This document shows positions 26,726 through 40,289 of a stretch of DNA of 64,000 nucleotides, piece by piece. Below the pieces are notes generated by a model that made no database searches, had not been told where the DNA came from, and was given only the letters and a program-made list of their open reading frames with translations. Numbering within the stretch: the first letter of the stretch is position 1; each line of letters starts with the position of its first letter. The stretch is from the NCBI GenBank assembly GCA_001244265.2, contig CDLV01000007.1, positions 248,001 to 312,000 of the forward strand, read 5' to 3'. The stretch comes from Microbotryum violaceum (taxonomy: Eukaryota). The position numbers and the translations under genes are program-made.

Positions 26726-29700
26726 ATGTCGCACGAAATACTGGCTTCGATCGAAGGGGATGGAGTACGAATGAGCAACACGCAGATGTGAGTTGGCTCT
26801 TCTACCGTGCGACTTTCCTGGAACGCTGCACTTGCCGTCGCCGGTTCGTTTGCGCCACGAGGAGCTGCTGGCCTCTCGTGGCGACCAGTGCAACGGAATC
26901 GGCAGACTGGCACCCCTTTCAGGCGCGTCCAGTGCACGCAGGCTCATAACTATCCATCTACTCCGACAATCCAGACCTTTGAATGACGCCCATCCACCTC
27001 AATCAAATGGATCCCACCAATCATCAAGCCCAGGCCCCTCACTTAGCTTAACACCACTCGCTTCCTCTGCAGCGCTCGCCGGCCTCGTTCCAGCCCAAAT
27101 CTTCACTCCGGCCACACCGCTGCCTTCGAGTCCGTCTGCTGTGGATGCGCAGTTCGCTCACGTCGACAGAACCAGCCCCAGTCGTCCGAGGGCAGGCACG
27201 ATGCCCTCGACCTTGCACCTCGGCGGCACCTCTTCGCTCGGCTCAAACTATGCGAACGTGCTCGGCAGGAAAATGATGCCTCCGTCCCTGATGCTCAAAG
27301 TACCGGGGAGTTCGTATGGCGCAAGTGTGTCACTACCCACAAGTGGACATGCGACACCCCTCGGGTCCGAATTTGCCTTTTCGTCACCGCTCCTCCATAA
27401 TGGCTTGATCGCCCAAACGAACCCGAGTCCACCGCTCGGCGCCTCAGCATCCCCCGGCGGTGAAGCGAACTCCAGTGCTGCCACCTCACGCATTCGATCG
27501 GGGTCCCTGACTCTTCCCAGCTCAGGCCTTTCAAATGCATTTGGACCGACCGTGTTTGCGAGTGGAGATTGGGCCCCTCGACCCGTCGACGTCAACGTAC
27601 CCCCAATGTCGGGGTCGAGTGGGTTACGCTCGCCGGACAATTCGGCCTACGGGGACGGCGACTCGCATGTCAGAACGCTCGATTATCTCGGCCTCGATGG
27701 CGATGCCGCAATGAGTGGTTTTGGTGAGGCAACTTCGCCCAGTCCTGGCGAGTCGATGATGCGTGGGGATGCTGCTGCTCCCGCCGGCATGACGCAGAGG
27801 CTGCCGACGATCGGCGGGCCCTCAAATTCTTCCAACAACACCGAACTGTCGCACGCCCACACTCGACTGAGAAGCAACACCGTCGCTGCCTTCCCGCGGT
27901 CCCAAGCTGCGTCCAACTTTGGTCTGCTCGGCTCGTCGGCGGCTGTAGGAGGCGCAACTAATCGCTCGCCGGTGACGGTCGATACGGACGTCTTTGGCTC
28001 GAGCACGGGTAGCGGAGCCCATGGTTCGGATGGTTCGATCGACTCGACTCGGTTGTTGTACGCGACTTCGGGTGCTCAGAACGAACAGGAAGGGACCGAC
28101 GCGCTCAACTCGATCGCTGAAAACGAAGTGAGTATGCCCGGCAGCGCTGCGGTAAGACCTTTGTCACCGGGCGGCAGGGCAAGGGCAGCGACGATTGGCA
28201 TCCTGGACGAGTCACGCGAGATAACCATGTCGCGTCAGCGTGCTCGAGCGGGGACGACGATCGGACTTACACCGCATGTCGTTTCTATGGGTATGTATAA
28301 TGGGAGGGGAGGGCCAGATCATGATGTCGAGGGCTCGCCGGTGGATTCGATGATGATGGGCCTGAGGGGAATAAACCTGGGCCAGATGGACGAGGTGCGT
28401 ACCCTAGGGCGAATGCGAGACGGATGACGAGGTTGCTGACAGTCGAGGCGGTGTACTTGTGATTACAGAATCTGTGGAACCCGACAAGACCACGCACACC
28501 GGAAGCTGTCGCTGCGGCGTCGATCACCCCGCCGGGGCAACAACCGACTCGCAGTCTCTGGATCGGCAATCTCGATCCGCGCACGACACCTGCCGAGCTA
28601 CAGAACGTGTTCGCCCCCTATGGAGCGATTGAAAGCTTGCGTTTGATCCCGGAAAAAGTAGGGCGCGCATTCGGCTCGGATTCCTTGCAGTGACTGTCTG
28701 CTGACGCGTGACTTCTTGCGGCCCGTGTACAGGAGTGTGGGTTTGTCAATTTCGTGTCCATTGGCGATGCCGTCCGCGCCAAGGAGGACGTCTTAAACCG
28801 CCTCGGTGGCCAGTTGAACAATTTGAGCAAACTCGTTCGAATCGGGTTTGGCAAGGATATCTCCCTAGCGGGAAACATGTCCTCAATGACGCAAATGAGG
28901 ACCGCTTCTGGCCCCATCTTACTCTCTGGCCACGCACCGCCACAGCATCATCAGAACTCCCACCCGGGGCATACTGGAGGGCTTGGCGGGTTGGCGAGCG
29001 GGACGTACAATGGTCCGGAGGAGCTCAATCCTCAAATGACGCCGACGCGAGCTCTGTGGATCGGCAGCATTCCTTCAACGACGACGCCGAATCAACTGCT
29101 CAACGTCTTTGCTGCGTTCGGGCCCATCGAGTCCGCACGCGTTCTGACGCACAAGTCTTGCGGAGTAAGTTCGCGTGGGCAGGTCGCTTGGTAAGTATGG
29201 GGAGCTGATTTATGATGTGGCGATGCTTTGTGAACAGTTCATCAACTACGAACGGTTGGACGATGCCATCTCGGCTCGCAAGGCGCTCAATGGTCGGGAG
29301 ATCCTCGGCGTCGGAGTCGGAGGCGTGCGCATCGGCTTCGCCAAGGTGCCGACCAAGATCATCAACGGCAACGACTTTTGCGGCTCTGGCGGCTTCAACA
29401 ACATGGCTTCCATGTCCTACACGACGTTACAGCACCTTGGCGGCGCGAATGGTGTCTCACTGGAGCAGCAAGTCGCAGACAGCCCTATGAGCGACCTCCG
29501 CAGCAACCTCGTCATGGCCGCGGTGTCGAATCCACAGTTCATCAACGCTCAAAAGTCCACGGGTGCTTTGCATTCACCTGTGAACGCGTATGATGGCCAA
29601 GATAGCTCGAACGACGAGAGTATAGAGACGGCGCACTTCGGTTCGGTGACGGACCTGCAGCTGCTTGTGCGCGAGTTGAGCGACGACTCGCCCGATGTCG

Positions 29701-31396
29701 AAGCACACATCGCACAATTGGCCACTCCCCGACCTGCCCCAACGTACCATACATCGATACCCCTGCAAGTCCTCAGTGACCCGCGCTACGGTCGTCGGTA
29801 CTCGAATGTGGATGCACCGAGGTTGCGTGATCTGCGCAAGCGTCTCGACTCGCCTCAGACCTCAACGGATGAGGTCGATACCATCGCCTTTGAGATTCTT
29901 GACGAATGCTGCGCCCTCGCGAGTGACTACATCGGCAATACGATCGTTCAGAAACTGTTTGAGCGATGCTCGCTCGCGGCTCGAATGGCCATGCTCGAAC
30001 GTGTAGGCCCCTTTTTGGCGGCGATCGGCACGCACAAGAATGGGACTTGGGCGGTGCAGAAGATTGTGCAGTGCGTTCAGGAGTCGGAGGAGATGGCGAT
30101 CATCCAGCAAAATCTGGCGCCGTATACTCCGCCGCTGTTGCTCAACGACTGTCAGTACCAATTCATCAAAATTGTGTTTCCACGGCTTAGGCGCTTCATG
30201 CTGACCTACTTTTGATAGTCGGCAATTACGTCGTCCAAGGCGCGCTCCGCTTTGGGTCGCCGTTGAGTGACTTTGTTTTTGACGCGATGATCGACCGATG
30301 CTGGGAGATTGGTTCGGGTCGATACGGAGCGAGGAGCACGAGGCAGACGCTCGAGAGTCCTCAAACGAGTCGGTTCAACATCGCACGTGTAGCGGCTGCG
30401 CTGGCGCTCAACTCGATCCCTCTTGCCACAAGCGCCAATGGGGCGTTGCTCATCACTTGGCTGCTTGACACGTCCGATCTTCCGGGGCGATACCGCGTGT
30501 TGGCGGCTCGATTTGCACCCCACCTTCCTCACCTGTGCACGCACAAGCTCGCCTCGACGGCCGTGCTCAAAATCATTAACCAGCGAGCGGATCCGTTGGC
30601 GTCCCAGATCATCCTCGACGCTTTGCTCGACCCCAAGACCAAGGTCATCGAGGAAATCCTCGCCGATCAAGCCCATGGCGCGGCTTGCATGAGCAAGATC
30701 CTCAACGCATCCATCTCGGACGAGCTTACGCGCAAAAAAGTTGTCGACCGTATGCGAGCCGTCCTGCTGTCGCTGCGCGTTACAACCATTCCGGCGTATC
30801 GAAAGTTGCAGGAAGACCTGGGGATCATCGCTAAGTCGCCTGTGGGACCGTCGTCACCGGTAAACGAGGGTGGGACATCAGGAGGAGCCAACCCCGGGCC
30901 CTCGTCGACGATGGGCAAGTCCCATGGGTACGGCAGTGCGAATCGGGGACAGTACCCACCTTCGGGCCAGTGGGATCATGGGCATTCGGGTCACCCTCCT
31001 CGGTACCCCCAAGCACCGATACACGGCTACGGGTCTCCAGCCTCGACTTCGCCTTATGGTCACTCTCAGTCATACCCTCGCGGAACCAGCGCGAGTTTTC
31101 AAACTTCGGCGATGCCGATGCAGCCGCCATTTGGTCCCTCCTATCCTTCGCAGTATCCCAACTACTACCACATGCCACCACCGGCGCCGAACGCTTACCA
31201 GTACGGCTCGAGTTCTTCGAGTACGGTCGGACAACCGATGTTGACGACCTCGCTTGCGGCTCCTGCGCTCTCTTCGGCACATGTCGTTGGACAACCCGTC
31301 ACGCCGCCTTCGTTGTCGCCGGGGCTGCGTGATATCAATTTCCACCCTTTTTCGCCGACAGGTTCGGCGTTTGGTCGCTCTGATGTCGGTGTCTAG
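26726..31396 (+). CDS. JSN1: Pumilio-family RNA-binding protein with two RRMs (Jsn1/Puf2-like)
   Basis: RRM1 TRSLWIGNLD...FAPYGAIESLRLIPEK/ECGFVNF; RRM2 TRALWIGSIP...THKSCG/FINY; PUF repeats LASDYIGNTIVQKLFE, THKNGTWAVQK, GNYVVQ. Start at 26726 inferred from a phase-compatible GTGAGT...CCAG intron. Confidence 0.88.
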
Positions 31397-31965
31397 GTAC
31401 AACACCCGCTCCATATGGACACCGAATCGTAAGGCCTGTCCCAACTCTTTTTCTTCTTCTTGTCGTCTCAGCCGTCGCATATCCATCCCTTGGCCCTACT
31501 TCGAACGCAACACGCACATGCACAGAAATCCTCTTCGATACCAATGTGAAAGAATTGCTCTGCTCAGTTCCCTCGTCACATCAAAAACGCAGCATGCATC
31601 TTCTGTTTTTCCTCTGTCCGGCTCGGTCCTTTTCCTTTTCCTCATTGTCCCACTCGAGCTACTACGTTAGTTTGTGTATGATTTTTGTTTCCCCACCATT
31701 ACTCTTCTTTTTTTCGTTCGCCAATCTTTCTTGCTAACGATGCACACATTCTGACAAAGACGGTTTTTGCATCGAGCTGAGGTTGGAGCGTGGGCTTGTC
31801 CTCGACGCGCGCCGTTTTTTTTTTTTTTTTGTGTGGGAGACGGTGACGTGGGGCTCGGTCGACTTTATCCATTTCTTTGGATGCAGCAGGTTCGTCTCCT
31901 CCCTTTTGCGCGCATACACTCAACCTCGACCCGGCCCATCGCACGCACAACTACCTTCCACCACC

Positions 31966-33762
31966 ATGTCGTCGAACCCTTTCGCCGATCCCCAACACCA
32001 ACAGGGGATGGACTCGGTCAGTAGCACCCTTTCGGTTCGGCTGAGCATGTGCCCGACGGTTCGCGTGTGGAAATGACTCGCGCCAGGGCGGGGCAAGCGA
32101 CGGATTACTGATCGCAAGAACTCGTGCATGACCCAGAACCCCTTCGCAGATCCAACAGTCCAACAGGGGCTTCATTCCTCCGCGCACGAGTACGGCGAAG
32201 ATGCCGACTATGAAGCGGCGACGACCAAGACATCCGCTGCAGCGACCGGTTCCGCTCCGGTCGATATGCAGAGCAGGTTTCAGGATCTGGAGAGGAGGGA
32301 ACAGGAGTTACGGTCCAGGGAGGCGCAGCTGACCGCAAAGGCGGAACACATCCGGAAGGTTCGTTGGCGATTCTGGGATCGCCGAATGGATTCGCGAGAC
32401 GGACAAACAGGGAGGGACGGGCACGTGGCTTGCCGCGGAATAAGCTCGCACGAGGGCGCGGGCAAGCATGCGGTAACAATGAAACTGATGTGATATACTT
32501 GGGGATGTGAACAGCATGGTCGAAACAATTGGCCCCCAGGACCGTTCCCGCTCATCTACCACGACATCAACGAAGAGATCCCCGCCGAGCACCAATCGAC
32601 CGTATTGACCCTCGTCAGTTGAGCTCGTGGCCGAAAGAAGGAAAGTTCAAAGACTGATTCATCACCACCTCGGTGCATCCAGTACCGACTGTGGATCTTT
32701 CTCATCCTCACCCTTACCGTCAACCTCGTCGCCGCGATCCTCTTGCTCGTCTCCCAAGGTGGGTTCTTAACCGTGCACCGCTGTTGGACCCTCAGGAAAT
32801 GTAGCCACACCAACCTCACTCTTTTGGCCGTCGTTCGTCAGCTAACAACGGGGGAGCAGATCTCGCCGCCGGAATCATGTACTTGCCCGTCATTGGCGTA
32901 CGTTCTGCCGTCACTCGGACAGAATCTTCTTCGCCCTACAAAGAGTCTAACCTCCTCCGAGCATTCCACCATACACAGGCCCTCTCCTTCTTCCTTTGGT
33001 ACCGACCAGCCTACAACGCCTACATGAAAGGCTCGGCCATGTTCTTTTGTACGTCCTTGCGCGCCCGTGTCGTCCACATCAGGGGAGGAATTCGGACCTG
33101 ACTTAAAAACCTGTCTCGGCTTCACAGACATGTACTTCCTCTTTGCTGGGTTCCATCTCGCGTTCAGTGCATGTACGTCGAACCATTATCAACGCCGCGC
33201 TGGAGCGTGTTCTGACCTTGTGACCGTGGACGAGGTGCAGACATGATCATCGGTATCCCTAGCTCGGGCTCGGCCGGCATCATCAACCTCATTTGTATAT
33301 CCCGAGATGAGCAAGGGACGGTATAGACCTATGGCTCGAGCTGACGGGATGGATCTTGTACTTTGATTGTTCAGCACGTTTTGCGACGGGTCACCTCGTC
33401 GCCGGGATCTTCTGCGCGCTCGCGACGGCGTGCTGGGTTTTGCAGGGTTTAGGCAGTTTGTGGATGTACAAGCAGGTGAGGGGACTCGGGAACCCTGCAT
33501 TCTTTCTTTTCGAGGTCTCCAGGATTAATGATTTGACGTTCACGGCAGGTCTACGCCCATTCGTCAGGCGAGAAGGGCCACACCTTCTCCGAGGCCAAAC
33601 AGGAGATCTCCATGTACGGCCTCAAAGCATGTAAGCAACACTTCCCATCGTCACGTGGTAATTGCGCCGAGTGCATCGAACTGATTGATTGATTTGCCGG
33701 ACGTTGTTGTAGATCTGTTCAACTCGAACAAGGTGCCGAACCAACCGAATCAAGGGCCGTGA
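31966..33762 (+). CDS. Secretory carrier membrane protein (SCAMP family), many small exons
   Basis: N-terminal NPF motifs (SNPFADP, NPFADP); coiled coil DLERREQEL; HGRNNWPPGPFPLIYHDINEEIP; SFFLWYRPAYNA; TM segments. Confidence 0.9.
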
Positions 33763-35525
33763 AGAGTCGAGAAAAGTCGGCATGAGGGGGGGGGGGATCT
33801 CTTGCGTTCGCTCATAGCGTTCAAGTCGCTGCGAAAGTGGACGGCATACATGCTGTAGTCTGGAATGTAAAAACTACTTTTCTCGCCCGTTTGTTTTTGG
33901 AGTTTATCATGTGATTTGGTCAGGATTTGGTCATCGACTTTGGGATGCGAGAGAGAACCTGGAGAGTTGTGCTCGGTCGGACCTGACTCGCCGAGGGCCC
34001 AGCAACCAGCGCAGAGCTTTTGCCACGACACGCACGAGCAGAGAGACGGTGGGCTGAGAGCCAGGCTACATTCAGAGCCCATACAGGCTACCTCTGGGCC
34101 ATGGTAAAACGATAGATCCAAAGCCAGCTCGAAACCACATTGAACGGTTCTGTCCCTCTCGCACTGGGATAAGTGTGCCATAGTTCGACGAGGAAAAGTG
34201 GCGTGGCTCAGCGCCAGCTTCGCAGCAACCGCTTTCGCGTGATGATCTGAGTCGGGCTTCCTTGCACGACGAAGCACCAGTACAGCTCTCACAAGATACA
34301 ATAGATTTCCAAACTGGACCGAAAGAAAAGAATGTCGCGCCATTAAAACGACGCCTTCACCTCATTTGAACTACGAGACACAACGGACGGCGAGATACGT
34401 GACGCTTGGTTTTGCTAGGTTGTTCTAGCCCGTACCTTTGGACCCCGAACGACGATGGTTTTTCGTACGATCAGGATCGGGTCTTGTGTTGTGGGAGGTC
34501 CGCATGGATGTGTGATCTGAAAGATCACACCGCGGTTCTCATCAAGTGGGGACGGGCAGAGTAAACTGGAGAAGAGGACGAAGGGGTCGCCTCGTTGTGC
34601 GTCGGGTCATTCCGGCGCGCTGGATCAAGATGAATTATTCAAATGAGGCTCCCTTTCTTTGTTTCTTCCTTCTACATCTTGGGTGTGATTAAAAAAACTA
34701 AAACAAATTAAAATTAAGATGCCTCGGCACCCAACATGGAGTCGCGAACGGCCTGCTTGTGCAGCGATTTATTTACTCGGAGGCATCGGGGTCAAAGGGG
34801 CCGCCGCGGTGCTTATGCGATTCAGCCGATCAAGTCTGGCCTTCCTTCATTAAAGCCCAAAATTCCAGCGGAGATACCATAAAATTCAGTGAAATCGAGC
34901 TAAGACTATTCTGCCTCACATCCATGGTCCTTGCCCGCTTTCGGGACTCGGGAGTTGGGAGTCACTGGGACTTCCTGAGGCCACTCAGCACTGAAGGATC
35001 CTCGGGTTTTCCGCCGCTCTCCCAAGATCCTCTCCACTTGAAACTCAAACTCGCAGGCAGACGCCTCGAGTTCGATAACGCTCGAGCGTGTAATTCCGAG
35101 AGAAGGCATCAATTCGAATTTGACCCTTGGGAGGAGGCAAACACAAGTACCGAGGATGAACGACGGGCTCTGGCAGGAGTTACTAAAACTGAAAACAAGG
35201 TCACCCACCCACTGTTGTTGGATGAACCTAGCTACTGTCATTTCGTGAGTGGACATAATAAATAATACCCTCTCTGTTGTATGTTAATGATGATGCAATA
35301 CATGTGATTTGCAAATTCAAGATCAGCCTTGTCAGAAATATCGCAGGAGAAGATAAGCTCGGATCAAGAAGGGTGCGTGGCGAGAGACGCAAACAGGAGC
35401 GATCGAGGATACAACAAAACAGGGTGGAGAGGTCACCCAAAAATCAAAAACGAAGGAAAGAACAAATGCAACGATGGAAGACGGACGACAAGAAAGCTGG
35501 TTACACAGACAGGAAGCAGGAGGTT

Positions 35526-38151
35526 TTAAGCCGAGCGCTTGCTGTCGTTGCCATTGACGACGATGGGGTTCGGCGTCGGACCGGCCCGAACGCCCCATAT
35601 CCGCACGGTGTTGTCGTCCGAGGCTGAAGCGAACATCGTAGGGTTCTTGGGATTCCACGAGACGGCGTTGACCGAGCCTTCGACGCTGTGGCCCGTCAAT
35701 TGTTTAATCAAAACCCCCGTGTCACGATGCCAAACGTAGATCTCCCCCTTGTCACTGCCGCTTAGGATCAGGTTCTGCAATGGGCCACCGAAGCATGCCT
35801 GAAGGACAAAGGTCCCCTGGTTATGGCCCTGATACCGTCGAACTACGGTGCAATCCCGCAGGTCAAGGTAAAGGATCTCATCCGGCGCATGGCCGATGAT
35901 GGCAAACCGTGAGTCATCCGAGATGTTGGCCGACGTCAACTCGTGCGGTTGTGTGCTTTCGAACTCGAGTTTGCGGTCAGCCAAAGTGTAGATCGAGATC
36001 CGATTGTCATGCTTGGGCTCGATCGGGACCCTTAAATTCGACGCAAGCTGCGCCGGTGTATCGGCACCACTCTGCGTTCTGCTCTGATCACGCGAAGCTA
36101 GGACCGAAGGGCTCGTGTCGACTCGTCCGACGGCGACCAATCTCGAGCCGTCGGGGGTGATGGCGAGATCGATGACCCTCGAAGGCGAGTTCTGCAAGCT
36201 CTCGGTAATGTTACCCGCCAAATCCCAAAAGTAGATCTTTGAATCCATCCCTCCAGAAGCAAAACCTTTGCCGTCGGGAAACCAAGCCAAAGCGCCGATC
36301 TGGTACGCATGCTGGTTCAATGTCGCGATGCAGTGGCCTTTCTCCGTGTTCCACATCTTGATAACGCTCTCCGCAGCGGTGAGAAGGATCGTGTCATCCG
36401 GTGACCACGTGATGCACGATACGGGGTCCGAGTGCTCGCGCAAAACCTTGTCAAGCGTAAACCCGGTCGAGACTTTCCAGATGACAGCCAAGCGATCCCG
36501 TCCCGCGGTCGCGAGATATTCTCCGGAGTGGGAGAACTCGAGTCGCCAGATCTCGTCCGTGTGCTCGTGCAGGATGTGGGTCGTCGTCGAGGGGAACGCG
36601 TGTGGGTCACACTTGCAGTCGGCGAGGAGGGAGGTGAACGAGTCGTTGTGGATGTGGAAGACGCATTGGCGTTGCTGATGAATTTTGGCTTGCTCGAATA
36701 AGGTCTCGAGGCGCCGTTGGGGTATCATGAGGTCCGGGGAGATATAATCTGGTGGGGAGCAGAGGATTTGAGTAGGTGATGTATGGAGAGGAGGATACGG
36801 TCATCGTCTGCCCTACCTTGCAGTTGCAGTAACAGGGTCTTCCTCGATTCGCCGTGAACACCATCCCACGAGGACCGAGCTCGAAGATCTTCGGCCGAGG
36901 CACACATGATCAAGCTGTGATGTGCAACCAGAGTCAGTCATACGCTCGCAGGACGAGAGCGATACATCCATCAACGCACCTTGAAAGGAAGTGCAGCCGA
37001 TCCGAATCATGACCGAGGGGTGCAAGCTCGTTCCTGAGGGTGAAGAGAGCCTTTTTGGTCTCTTTGGCCTCGAGCGCCTCGAGGAATTTTTGCTGTCTAA
37101 TCTTGAACCGAACGGTCTAAAGGGCGAGCAACGAATGGAACGTCTGTCAGACCGGGTTGCAGTCGCCGCCACCTCGCAGATGAAAACAGGCGAAACTGAC
37201 GGTGTGATCTTTGACTTGGTGGGCGGGGAGCTGCACCAGCATCGCCTCGACGAGGTCCCATTGGCCTTGCAGCACGCCGTTCCTAAAGGTGGTCACGTCA
37301 TCGATTTCGAGCTCAAAGCCGGATTCACGGGTCAGGGCCTGCGCCGTTCCCCTGTCGACGACGAGATGAGCGGGGGAAGTGGTGTGTGGTCAGCGGTCGA
37401 GGGCTCCAAGTGGGGGAACCGCCGCTCGGTCGGGAACGTACGCGTAGCCCATCTCCTTGAAAGTCTGCAGGGCGAGCCTGACCCATTCCCGACGGTCGAT
37501 GTCACTGCCTGGCCACAGCGGCTTGAACGAGCTGTGTTCATAGTCGCTCGCATCCCGGTGGTGGTCAGGCGAGGCCGACGATGACGAAGAGCCCCCGGCA
37601 GTGATGGCGAGCGCGGCGGCGGTGTCATGGGGCTCGGCCGACCCGGCACTGGTGCTGCTGATGGCGGCGACGGCGGCGGCGGCGGCGGAGCTGAGGCTGA
37701 GGCTGAGGCTGCTGCTGCTCGACGACGACGGTCCTGAGCCGTTGCTCAAGCCGTTGCCATTCATCGTGGCGCTGTGGCCGTTCGAGACCAAATCCTCGAT
37801 CAGCTGCGGCATCGTCGTCGTAGTCGTAGATCCGCTGGATGGTTCAAGCCGGGTGCGTTTGGTCGGCCGACTCGCGTAGTCGTCGCCCTCGTCACCGTTC
37901 TGACCGTCGCCGTTATCGTTAGCGCCGAGAGCGGCACGGGAAGGTGCAGGTCCAAGGGCACTACCGCTGCTACTACTGCTATTCGAACGAGCGCGGACGC
38001 GACGCGACGTCGTCGGCGTCACCGTCGCCGTCGCAGCTGAAGCCGTCGTCTTGGCAAGGAGGGTGGGGTGGTCCGTGTGGCGTGGCAAGTCTGGCTCCGG
38101 GTCAGTTCGGCAGCTCAAGTGGGGTGGGGGGGAGTGGAAGAGGCCAGCCAT
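35526..38151 (-). CDS. WD40-repeat CTLH/GID complex subunit (WDR26/Gid7-like); start codon uncertain
   Basis: LisH-like DRREWVRLALQTFKEMGY; WDGVHGESRKTLLLQLQ; MIPQRRLETLFEQA...QCVFH; WD40s HTDEIWRLEFSHSGEYLATAGRD, MFASASDDNTVRIWG. Confidence 0.88.
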
Positions 38152-38789
38152 GCACTAGCGGGCGACCCGGCGAGTCAACGACCGAGCGGCGCGATCCAGG
38201 CCTCGACCACTACAGATCATCGATCATCACTGACGCGTCTTTGAACCAAAGTGTTTCCGACCGCGCCCAGACGAAAATGGAATCACGTTATGACTGCTTC
38301 CCCGTCCAATCTAGCTGGAAAAGCGCTGGAGGTTCAAGACGTCCGAGCTCGAACAATTTTTGCGACGTAACAGAATCTTCCGCGAGCTCGGTGGGACTCG
38401 CAGCAGCTCACATTGCCGAGGTAAGAGTCTCGACTATTTAAGGTGCTTTCAAATTATATTGTGAGCCGTCTGCCGGCTTACGAAGCTGTACCTCTATTAC
38501 TTGTATTACGTGATCTCGATGAGCAGTCGCGCCGACCTTAAAAGCCTCAAAAGATCTACGTACCCTGCTACTCGCCCGTGCTGCCATGGGCAACGGTCAA
38601 GGTCTAGCACGCTTCTGTATGTCTACATGCCTATGGCTTCATGCGCGATTGCTCGGGTTTCAACCCCTAGGTTCAATTCGTCACGAGCTCGCTCAGAGCT
38701 GATCGAGTCGATCACAAATGACCTTTCGCCTGAGTGGGCCAAGGAATGAGCTCGACCCGCGCGCCGATTGCCGCTAATGTCTGCAGGCT

Positions 38790-40085
38790 CAATTCCACGG
38801 CAGCAGCAGTGGTGGGCCCAGTGGACCTTAGGTTACTTCTCCCATATCGTGCAACAGATCAGCAAGCGGAAGTTACCGCGCTCATTGTGGCAGTGATTGC
38901 TGCACGATACATGACGTCAGACGGGGCACCGATCACTATCATGACGGACCATCTGGGAACGGCGCGCCTCATCAAGGAGTGGCAGGCGCACCCAGAGCGG
39001 GAGATCTCGAGGAAAATACCCAGTCTCTCGTATCACTCGTGGCTCCGAAGGTTGGTGTTGGCCACCTCAATGCTTACTGTACACCATGTGAAAGCCCACA
39101 CGACGGGACAGGATGAACGGTCAATACTGAACCGAAGAGCCGACGCGGAAGCGAATCGTGCCCACAAGGATATGCATTTTGTGCTTCGACCACCAACACA
39201 TGGACTTTCAAGCTGGGTCATGAAGGACGATACCGAATGGATCGAAAACAATATTGGAGAGATAGTGGAGAAAAGGCTGACACGGGTTCAATTTGGAAAA
39301 TTAGCCGACACAACATGGAAGAAAATTCGCCTATTACAGTCAACAGGAATGAAACCAGCAATTTACCCCTACAAAAAAGCGAGATCGTCGTATGCTGCAC
39401 TGGTGCAATGGCAACTTCGAAGCTCATCACTGCCACTAGCAACAAGAATGAAGCGGCGCGGAAGTGAAGAGCAGCGAAATCGGACTGATCCCTCTTGCCC
39501 ACGGTGTACCAGCGCAACGGGATCGGAGTTCGAAACGGAGGAGCACGTTTTTCTCAGATGCCCAAAATCGGTGAGAATCCGAGTACAACTCCAATCAGAC
39601 CTGAAAAACGCAACCATAGGTTTTATCAAGGCTACAGCCGACAACGTGGGCGAGGGGGAATGGGAGAACTTGGTTCGATTCGCACAAGATTTGGTATTAT
39701 AACACGGATGGTGGTATGGTGTGAGCTTCACTCCGGTACCGGCGTTCGCCATGGAGGCCATTCCAGAACGCCCGAGGGCGAAATTACTGCAGACATGGCA
39801 TCATGAACTGATTAAAGGGACAGCAAGGATATGGGGTGATCACCAAAAGGCGTGGGCGGAAACCCGTAGGAGAAGATAGTGAGAGTCAAGGAAGAAGGGA
39901 TGGATAGTGTGCAGCTCAATGGAGCACTGCAGTGTAGGTTGCAGTATCGAACAGGGTAAGGGGAGCGGTTGGAAGTCGTAGGTCAGGTCAGAGGCGATAG
40001 CCCAGTTAATGTGGTCCAGCGCCCGATAAGGGTCGTCTCATTGTCGACTAGCTGGAATTCAGATTTTCATTCTCATTCAATAGAC
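38790..40085 (+). mobile_element. 5'-truncated non-LTR retrotransposon (LINE) remnant: RNase H + CCHC zinc finger, with premature stop
   Basis: RNase H motifs QQAEVTAL, IMTDH, HVKAHT, NRRADAEA, lacking the N-terminal DGS; CPRC...ETEEHVFLRCP. In-frame TAA at 39700-39702, after which the frame reads on to TAG at 39879. TTCATTCTCATTCAAT tail-like sequence at ~40066-40081. Boundaries approximate. Confidence 0.8.
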
Positions 40086-40289
40086 TGCCCAGTGCCGAGA
40101 CGCCGCGGCCTCGGAAACGCACGAGATCGCTCAACTTTGAAATCAAATTCAGTTCTTGCTTGCCATCGACTGTCAGCTCAAGATGCCTTTCTTCCTTGTT
40201 TCCGTCAATTTGCTTCCTTGTTTACAGGCTCTTTGATAGCGACCTTCATCATCATACTCGTTCTCATTGACCAAGCTCTTGTATTCGAC

